Assembly (NCBI RefSeq): GCF_000181795.1
Contig: NW_003526948.1
Location: forward strand, 1,720,206 to 1,767,414
Direction of reading: 5' to 3'
DNA from: Trichinella spiralis
Lineage: Eukaryota
Length of the DNA stretch: 47,209 bases
Part shown: piece after piece, positions 11,736-20,120 of the stretch
Layout: every line of letters starts with the position of its first letter
How positions within the stretch are numbered: the stretch's first letter is position 1
Notes under the pieces: model-generated
The model's database searches: none
The model's input: the letters and a program-made list of their open reading frames with translations, nothing else
Told to the model about the DNA's origin: nothing
Program-made: the position numbers and the translations under genes

Positions 11736-12916
11736 TCAGCAAACAAAATTTTCTCCTTCGCATATTTCAAACCGAACATCCATGCATGCACAAGCGTTTC
11801 TTTACTTGTTTCCATTTGCTAATAATAATGAAATAAAGAACTGTTAACACTGCGCAAATTTTCTAATGAGCTACTGAAGCTGCGTTTTATCAGCAAATAA
11901 TGCCCCAATAGCAACGGCTTCGACGAATCAACCACCACTTGATGAAGACAAACCAACATTTAATACAGTAATCGTGAAAAACAGGTACAAAATTTTCTGA
12001 GTACGTGTTTGAAGATTCTGCAACATTCTGCTGCTGTCTTTTGGGCATAATTCGAATGCGTCTCGATTTAACAAAGTACCCACCCTAGTGCATTACTTTT
12101 CATCAGTTATCGAAGAAATTTGGGTTCGTTTTCAAAATTTCTTATTCTATTAGTTTGAACTATTTTTCCCTTCAGTTATCAAAATTATATTTATTTTTCA
12201 TAAATTCGCTTAATTTTTGCACTAATACTTTTTACTTATCTTAGAATCATTTTCGATCTGTCCCATATAAATTTTCAGTATGTAATAAAATTATAAATTA
12301 TTTTTGAAAACAATATTTCAGTTGAAAAAAAACCTAAACTGTTTATCACGAATTGAAAAATAATCTGCTTTAGCTTCATGATGGTACGATTTTTTGTATA
12401 CCTGCATTATTATTTGGCAATGTATTTGCGTAAATTAAAAAAAATTCACTGTAAGATAGAATTGTTTAACAGTAAACAACTTTTTAAGAAGCTTAAAAGC
12501 AGGTATATAAAAACAATGGAGAAAGTTATGAAATGCGAAAGAAACGCCAAAAAATATTTAACTCATCTACATCGATCCTTGATTGATCAGAATCAACTGA
12601 AGTCAGAGCATGTGGCAAAAAGTATGTGTGCTGGCGTAAATTAAAAAGGTTAACTAACTTTGCATTGTAGCTAAAAAAATTTATAAATTTATAAATTTTA
12701 TAAATTTATAAATTTTTTTATTTAATTATTGAAAGTCATTGAAAACAAAGTATTCATGTGCTATTTAAGTTTTTTAATTGCAGAAATTGAAAATTTCGAA
12801 GTTTATTAATGCTAATTTTTAAAAATTAAAAGTCAAAAATTTAAAAACTGCTTAATTTTAGTGAAAATCGGTATCAGTGTTGTAAACATAAATAAAGAAA
12901 TTGATTATTAACGGTT

Positions 12917-13338
12917 GGAGGGTGGTGTGGCGTAGTGGTTAATAGCCAGCGAAGCCAACGCCCTCCCCAGCCGTGTTCGATTCCCGGAGACGGTTGAAAA
13001 AGCTAAGCGTACATATACACTAAGTACGCTAGCGGTTGAAGTGCCAATATGAGCACACCGCATATTCACATGTTCTGTATTCAAAACTATCCCAGGCCAT
13101 AACTTCCATACATGGCAATCTTACCAAAAGATGCGCCAAGCCAGACAATGCCACCCCACTCTCAAAGGGTAGTGAAGTCACCGCGATAGATAATCACTGG
13201 CGGAATGGAGCATCCGCAGCAATGCGAAAGATAAGAATGAAGTTATGGATAAAGGCACACTGCTCCATTCCAACATTCGAATCAAAAACATAGGAAGATC
13301 GGTGCTAATCTGCCTGGCAGGGGAGCACCAATCTTTTT
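12917..13338 (+). ncRNA. Candidate tRNA-derived Pol III structured RNA or SINE-like unit, copy 1
   Basis: A box TGGCGTAGTGG (12928-12938) and B box GTTCGATTCC (12975-12984), then successive hairpins, then the terminal hairpin GAAGATCGGTGCT...AGCACCAATCTT running into T5 (13334-13338). It does not fold as a tRNA cloverleaf. Confidence 0.6.
12928..12984 (+). promoter_or_regulatory. Type-2 internal RNA polymerase III promoter (A and B boxes); identical boxes at 18854-18864 and 18901-18910
   Basis: Matches the TRGCNNARYGG and GTTCRANNC consensus with tRNA-like spacing (47 nt start to start) in both copies. Confidence 0.75.
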
Positions 13339-14693
13339 CCACATTAAATGGTTTAAAATGTTTTCAAAGTTGCTTTACAATATCGAATGATTTTATTTGA
13401 AATGCAAATAAATGATATGTTTACATTTCAATATGTTAATATCAACGAGTGTTGTTATTCATGTTCAAAGGGTTGCTTTCTTTTTTTTGAATTAACTTTT
13501 AATATCATTAATTTGCTAAAAATTTTAACCTGAAGAAAAAAACATTTGTTAAACTCATGAGCAATAATTTTGAATTAAAGTTATAAGTATTTGATTAAAT
13601 TAATTGACTAAGTTGAATTTATTGATTTAAATTAATAGTTGTCTGTATTTTTTTAAATGAAGCTTCAACAAACTTGTATGTCAAGCTTGTTCTATTGGTC
13701 AGCCGACGCGTCGTAGCATACACAGACAACTGTAGAGATGGGGAAACGATCCACGTTGCGTATTCAATCGTTTGTCATTAATTAATTATCAGAAAATCTA
13801 TTTATAAAAATTTGGCGCTTCACTCGCATGATTTCTGTTGGACATGCATAAATTGGACAAAAACAAAAACTTCCAGCTCATTAATCGTTTTCTGTGAAAT
13901 GGTGTTTTTTACTCTTTGGAAAGAAGTAACGTTTCAATATAAAAGTCGACTGTTCACATTTCATTCACACAAACAGATATGGTAATTTGGACGATTAGCT
14001 AATCAATGAAAAAAAACATGCAAATGCAAAATATGCAAAATGCCATTTTTGTTCTTCTCATTTCCAACTGAGTGCAAAAAATGCTGACAGTTAACTTGAG
14101 CTCTGTTAACGTTGAACAGCGTACGGTAAGTCATTCAAATTTACTGCACAAAAATTAGCATAATAACCAAACAACCAACATTCACACTTTCTGAACATTT
14201 GGGAAAGCAGGGGATGATGAGACAAAAAAAAGTAATTCAAAGTCGCATGTCCAATTTCTGGGTATTCAATTGCAGTTGTTTTTTTAATAGCTATTCCATT
14301 ACTTGATTGACAAAATATTCCAATCACAGCCAAATCAGCTATAGCATTAATGTAAGAAATGGTGATACTTCACCGATTTATGCAATGAAAATTCAAATAT
14401 AAAAATATATCCTACATTTCATCAAATCATACTGTTTGTATTGTCTTTATTCTCGATTTTATTTTATCTGTGCTGTTGAAGTGCTCATTTCTGGGCAATA
14501 CGTGAATTGCACAACGCATAAGTTTTTATTTGAAATTTTTATCTTTTTGTTTTCTTGTTTAGAGATTCCTGTTTTTAATTACTGAAACGGTATAAATTTC
14601 AATCAGTCTGTTTTTCAAGCTATGTGCGACGTGATTATTGCCTTAAGGTAGCGTTAATGAAGTAATAAATGCTTTTCTGAAGGTGTTATCGCC

Positions 14694-14813
14694 GGTGGTG
14701 CTGTTATCGCATTGATCAATGCCCACCGAGCGAAAAATATTCAAGAATCAGTAGTACGGTACATCGAAGGAAGCGTTGTTAGGCGTCTGAAGCCTTTCTT
14801 TATTCTTTTTTGA
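14694..14813 (+). pseudogene. Orphan paralogous fragment of the last exon of the galactokinase-like gene
   Basis: Translates GGAVIALINAHRAKNIQESVVRYIEGSVVRRLKPFFILF*, which aligns without gaps to GGPVVALIDAERAESFKESIEQYIAGSAFRSYKPFFVS starting at 17758. Confidence 0.85.
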
Positions 14814-15410
14814 AAATTGATATTATCAAATAATTATTTGTATTTTTGTTTATTTTTCGTTGAGAAATTAAAAAAGTATTTTTTATTATGCTCTATACTC
14901 TTTTAGTTTTTTTCCTGAAATATCAGGTCGTTAATGTTGCTTATTGGAGAAAACAATTAGTTTTTCATACTGAATAGTTTACTTTTGATTTTTAATTATG
15001 CTCACAATTATAATTTATTTTTATGTCACAGCTGTTTTACTGTAATATTATTTGCGCGTCATATCATACAGTAATGCATTTCTATGCGTTGTGTAAAATG
15101 AGAAGATGCTCAGAGTCACTCGAAGTTACATGTTTTGATTATTTTTAATAATTTTTAATATGGCTTTAAGAATCTCTTTTTTTGTTTACTGATTATCTGA
15201 CAGAACATTTTTTCTTATAAAATATATGTAATGCAGTCTAAATCGTGTGAAATTGTTATGATGCAAAGTACTTTTGTTATTGAAATGAACTTGTCTTGGA
15301 AAGTTATTGCAAAATAGAATGTTTCTAACTTGGATAAATTTTTAAAGATGTTAATTAATTTGAGATGCTGTTATATTCAATAACAAGATTGAAATTTTCG
15401 ATTCGTTAAG

Positions 15411-17913
15411 ATGATGGAATCTACCAACGATGTTTCTCAGTTCAGTGAATTGCTGCAAGCTTTTCGAGATCGGTACAACTGTGAAGCCGAATATGTTGTT
15501 AAGAGTCCTGGAAGGATGAACATTATAGGTTATTGCGATATTGCTGCAGTTAATATTTATATTCCATGATATGATGTTAATATTTAACAGGTGAACACAT
15601 TGATTATAGCGGTTATCCAGTACTTCCGATGGCAGTCGATGAATGCATCTATGCTGCATTTTCTGTTAATCAAAATTCTGAAGAGATAACTGTTTGTAAC
15701 ACTGACCCCAAATACGAGTAATTCTACATGACAATATTAATAAACACGTTTTAGTTGTATAAATTAAGTTAAATTTTCCAACATTTTTGGCTTTTATTTA
15801 TTTATAGTGGGATTTATTGCATTTATTCTTGATGGTCAGAGGTAAATGTTTAATTGTTTTTAGGCCATTTGAAGCATTATATTCCTACTTTATTACATCT
15901 TGCAAGAATCTGAGCTGGAAAGATTATTTTTTGACTGGCGTTGTGGCTGCGATGGATCACATTGAAGAATATCAGTATAAAGCGAGCGAAGATGCGGAAG
16001 TGAAACTTACTTTTAAAGGTAATTAATCTTCAAGAAATATGTTTTCTTTGAATTTGAAATTTAACTTTTTGTTCCATATTTACAGTTTTTACTGTTTAAA
16101 TTATAGTTTAATGAGAAACATAAGTTTAATACTATAGGCGTTGAGAATAGTTTAATGGGGAAATTGGAAATTATTTGGCACCGTTCATCTAATTTTTATT
16201 ATGTTCAATAAATAAATACATTTGTATATATTTATTTTTGTAAATATATAGATGGAAGAAATTGAGAAAGCATATTGTGAATTAGAGTTAGTTAGTTTGT
16301 AGAATGTTGGATTTTTTCTTGTTGATCATGTAAAAGTTGTACAATAATTGATAGTATTGTCGAAATTTTCACGAAAAGTTTTATTAATTAATTATAAAGA
16401 AAGTGATTTTCGATTGAAATGTATTTTTTGCAGGCTTCAAAGCGATGATCAGTAGCAAACTGCCAGAACGTAGGGGCTTAGCTATCTCTACTGCACTTGT
16501 TTGTTGTGCAGCGGCGTGTACAATGGTCGCGGTGGGCGATGGCAATTTCCGCACCATAACCAAAGTACAGTAAATTTGAAAATGAAGATCAATTTTTTTC
16601 ATTTTTTCAAAATTCAGGAAACTTTGGCGGAATTGTGTTCAGAATACCAAAACGCTGACCTTGTTCGTGGCCCTATGGATAACTTAATTTGTTTTACCGC
16701 ACGACAAGGAGCGGTCGGTTTTTATTCATTTCAATTGCAAGCTGCTCACTTTGAAAATTTTTGCTGATCTTGCAGGCGAAATATATTCAGTTTAAACCGC
16801 TTCGTCTCGACGATGTCACTTTGCCGCCGAAGGCTCGTTTTCTGGTTTTCCATTGTGGACTTCAATCGGCGAAAAATGCAAAGTTTCCTTTGTTCAGCAA
16901 ACGTGTGACGGAATGTTGTTTAGCAACAAAAGTTGTTTGCTTTTATTGTTTATTTATTGGTTTATTTGGAATTAATTTATTTAAATTTTCAGTTTATTGC
17001 TAAAGTTTTTGGACTGGACTGGCGTAAGATGAATACTATTAGGGAAGTTCAGGACGCTGTCGGTGACATTGACGACAACACATTCAAAGAAATTGCGTTG
17101 TCTCCATTCAGACAAGTCTCTTACACAATTGCCGAGATAATAAGCTTCTTGCAGTGCAACGAATGTGAATTGGACATATTACGTCGCCGACGTTACCGAA
17201 CCAGTGATTTTATTAATTAATTTACATATTCTGATAGCTTTTTTTGTTTTTTTATGTCGATTGAGATTTGTTGTTATGCAAATTTCAGAAGAACAATTTT
17301 ATTTGAAAAGGAGAGCCAGACACGTGATTGAAGAATCGATGCGTGTGAAAGAGTTTCGTTCGATTTGCGATCAATTTGCCAACGGTCAGTTGTCAGAGGA
17401 TCTTTGCCTGACAAAGCTGGGAAAATTGCTGGACGACAGTCACCACTCGTGTTCATACTTCTACGACTGTACCTGTGAAGAATTGGATTTCATCCAGCAG
17501 ATGTTCAAGTTAGCTGCTAATTTCTTTTCTATCCTTTTTTATGCTGCTATTTTTCATTGTTTTTTTCATTGCAATTTGATTATTTCACGTGGATCGAGAA
17601 ATATCCGTGTCAATTGTCTGATCAACTACTATTTCATTCACTTCTACTATTTGCTCAGCGTTTTGATATTATGCAAATTTTGTTTGAATATTTAATAAAT
17701 ATGAGAATTTTTAGGAAATTTGGTGCCATAGGAAGTCGTTTGACTGGACTAGGATGGGGTGGTCCTGTTGTTGCATTGATCGATGCCGAACGAGCGGAAA
17801 GTTTTAAAGAATCAATAGAACAATACATCGCAGGAAGCGCTTTTAGATCTTATAAGCCTTTCTTCGTTTCACCTGGACAAGGCTTGCAGATTTTTAGTCT
17901 ACCACACAATTGA
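15411..17913 (+). CDS. GALK2: Galactokinase/N-acetylgalactosamine kinase (GALK2-like, GHMP family), divergent, multi-exon
   Basis: [23 protein letters not shown] (galactokinase signature), LPERRGLAISTALVCC, GPMDN, AKYIQFKPLRLDDVTLP, KRVTEC, RARHVIEESMRV, LGKLLDDSHHSCSYFYDCTCEELD, GAIGSRLTGLGWGG. Confidence 0.9.
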
Positions 17914-17926
17914 AACGTTTCTATTC

Positions 17927-17932
17927 CTTCTT

Positions 17933-17962
<30 letters not shown>
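17927..17962. repeat. (CTT)12 microsatellite just after the GALK2-like stop
   Basis: Read directly from the sequence. Confidence 0.95.
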
Positions 17963-17963
<1 letters not shown>

Positions 17964-18636
17964 GGAAATTGTAAGTGAACATTTCAATACATCGTAAATA
18001 CACTTTCTACTTTTGCATATTTTTATTACATCTTATCCAAGAGAAGCTTTTACTGATATTTATCATGATTTACAAGATACTGTGATTTATAAACTGCAGT
18101 AATATGCAGGGAAATTACGAGTTTTATTTGCTTCTCATTTATTTATCAGATGCTGTGTGATGCGTAATAAATGTCGAACACGTACATGCTAATTTATTTA
18201 ATGCAAAATATCTTTCTCTGTAACAGTAAGGTCTGCAACTTTCTTGCAGTGCCGTTTATCTTTTCAGTGTTGCACAATATTGGAAAATAAATTTCTAATC
18301 TACGACTGGTATTTTATTAGCTACTTTGCGCAACTCTTTTAAATTTGATGAAAACAAATTGAAAAAATTTTGTTATTCAACTGTTTCATCAGATGATCAT
18401 GAAACAGTCTATAATTTTGAATTTCTTTTACTGATAATAATAATTTAAAAAATATTATTTATTATGAAGCGAAATTTATGATCATGAAAGTACAATAGCT
18501 AGCTAAAGTAATTCGTTCTCTGACTGTTCAAAGTGCCGACTTTGGTAAAATCATTTTGTCGCTAAAAATATGTAAATTAGCACAAGTTAAAGAAATAAAT
18601 TAATAAAACAGACAATTTTATTGTTGTTGACAAGCA

Positions 18637-19630
18637 TAAATTTGTACACCGTTTTATTTCACTCTTGGAAATCATTGGATAAGAAGCATTTATATGTTTT
18701 TTAATTGCAGAAAATGAAAATTTGTAAGTTTATTAAAGGTAATTTTTAAAAATTAAAAGCAAAAATTTAAAAACTGCTTAGTTTTAGTGAAAATCGGTAT
18801 TAGTGTTGTAAACATAAATAAAGAAATTGATTATTAACGGTTGGAGGGTGGTGTGGCGTAGTGGTTAATAGCCAGCCAAGCCACCGCCCTCCCCAGCCGT
18901 GTTCGATTCCCGGAGGCAGTTGTAAAAGCTAAGCGTACACATACACTAAATACGCTAGCGGTTGAAGTGCCAATATAAGCACACAACATATCCAATATGC
19001 CCTGGATTCAAAACTATCCCAAGCCCCAAACCATACCTCCTTACATGCCATTCCAAGTTTACGATCTATGTTCTGCGTGCAAAACGGAATTGAAATGGCC
19101 AACAATGGCGAATTGGTGAAATGCATCCATATTAAGAATGAAGTTATGGATAAAGCGCTCCGCCCAAGTCGAACTTCAAGAATCAAAAACAAAGGAAGAT
19201 CGGTGCTAATCTGCCTGGCAGGGGAGCACCAATCTTTTCAAACATTAAATGGTTTGAAATGTTTTCAAAGTTGCTTGATAATGTCGAATGATTTTATTTG
19301 AAATGCAAATAAATAATATGTTTACATTTCAATATGTTAATATCAACGAGTGTTGTTATTCATGTTCAAAGGGTTGCTTTCTTTTTTTTGAATTTACTTT
19401 TAATATCATTAATTTGTTCAAATTTATAAAATAATTTAGCCTGTAGAAAAAAACATTGGTTGAAATCATGAGCAATAATTTTGAATTAAAGCTATAAGTA
19501 TTATTAATATTATGACTATTTCAGCTTTCTGATTAATTTAATTGATTGATTTAAATTAGTAGTCGTGTGTATTTTTTGAAATGAAGCTCTGTCTGCGCAT
19601 TATTTGTCATGCTTGTTCTTTCAGTTGGTC
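18637..19630 (+). repeat. ~1-kb direct repeat, copy 2
   Basis: Homologous to 12700-13700 in the same orientation. Boundaries are approximate. Confidence 0.95.
18843..19238 (+). ncRNA. Candidate tRNA-derived Pol III structured RNA or SINE-like unit, copy 2
   Basis: Same A and B boxes, same 5' hairpins and same terminal hairpin with T4 (19235-19238). The core is shorter and divergent. Confidence 0.6.
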
Positions 19631-20120
19631 GTATTAAAATATTTAACTTGAAAATCATTGTTCTGCAAAAATGATTACTGTTGATCTTATCAGCGTGTTT
19701 CAGCTTTTATTTTCGAATTATATTCATAAATATGTGAATAAATGCAATGTCAATTTTTTATATGAAAAATGCACGATGAACTGTCAATAAATTCGTCTGA
19801 TATTGCTTTATGCTTATTTTTTTATCAATAACTGCACAAAAACTGTTGTTGATGAATAGTTCCATTTTCATCGATTGGATGAAATGAAGTGAATTGCGAA
19901 GTATTTTATTTTACCTCAACTTGAATTTGGAAATTTGCATAATGCAGTATTTTCAACCGTGCCCTTGTTTAGTTTTGTTATGTGATTACGTTTATTTAGC
20001 TGATGGTGATGAACAATTTGTATGCACTGGTTAAGATAGAGATAAAAATTTGCATCAAATTGAATCGTTGTTCTGCACCGAGTAGAGTGCAATAGTAGAT
20101 AAGTTCAACGATTTTGAACG

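Larger units (their letters stand above)
12700..13700 (+). repeat. ~1-kb direct repeat, copy 1 (copy 2 at ~18637-19630)
   Basis: Aligned by eye: about 10 differences over ~215 nt in the 5' arm, a near-identical 3' arm, and a divergent centre. Outer boundaries are approximate. Confidence 0.95.

Noticed and set aside
9938..11836. Long overlapping ORFs (189, 345, 173 aa etc.) on other frames of the 686-aa gene
   Set aside because: Expected shadow ORFs of a GC-rich coding region. They are Arg/Pro-rich with no recognisable motifs.
12921..12996. Functional tRNA gene (also 18847-18922)
   Set aside because: A and B boxes are present, but I could not form an acceptor stem or anticodon arm. The sequence prefers two independent hairpins and has no terminator until ~340 nt later.
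13059..13290. CRISPR-like repeat-spacer array
   Set aside because: Conserved blocks differ from each other within a copy, the shorter variable segments are still partly alignable between copies, the context is eukaryotic, and there are no cas genes.
13036..13293. Protein-coding ORFs within the repeats (13036-13293 +, 18929-19192 -, 19068-19301 +)
   Set aside because: Frames are not preserved between the two copies (indels and stops), and most start at non-ATG codons.
13313..13325. U1 snRNA: CCTGGCAGGGGAG matches the 5' part of vertebrate U1 as remembered
   Set aside because: Only 13 nt match. The 5' splice-site-pairing ACTTAC is absent and the rest of U1, including the Sm site, does not follow. 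Probably coincidence.
12917..13338. Telomerase RNA, RNase P/MRP, SRP, 7SK or SL RNA identity for the cassette
   Set aside because: I found no 1.5x TTAGGC template (only AAGCTAAGC), no P4 CR-I/CR-V motifs, no SRP helix-8 motif, and no leader-GT plus Sm-site arrangement. An Infernal search is still needed to exclude these formally.
14106..14370. Minus-strand 75-aa ORF as an exon
   Set aside because: No convincing partner exons or homology. It may be a relic but is unsupported.
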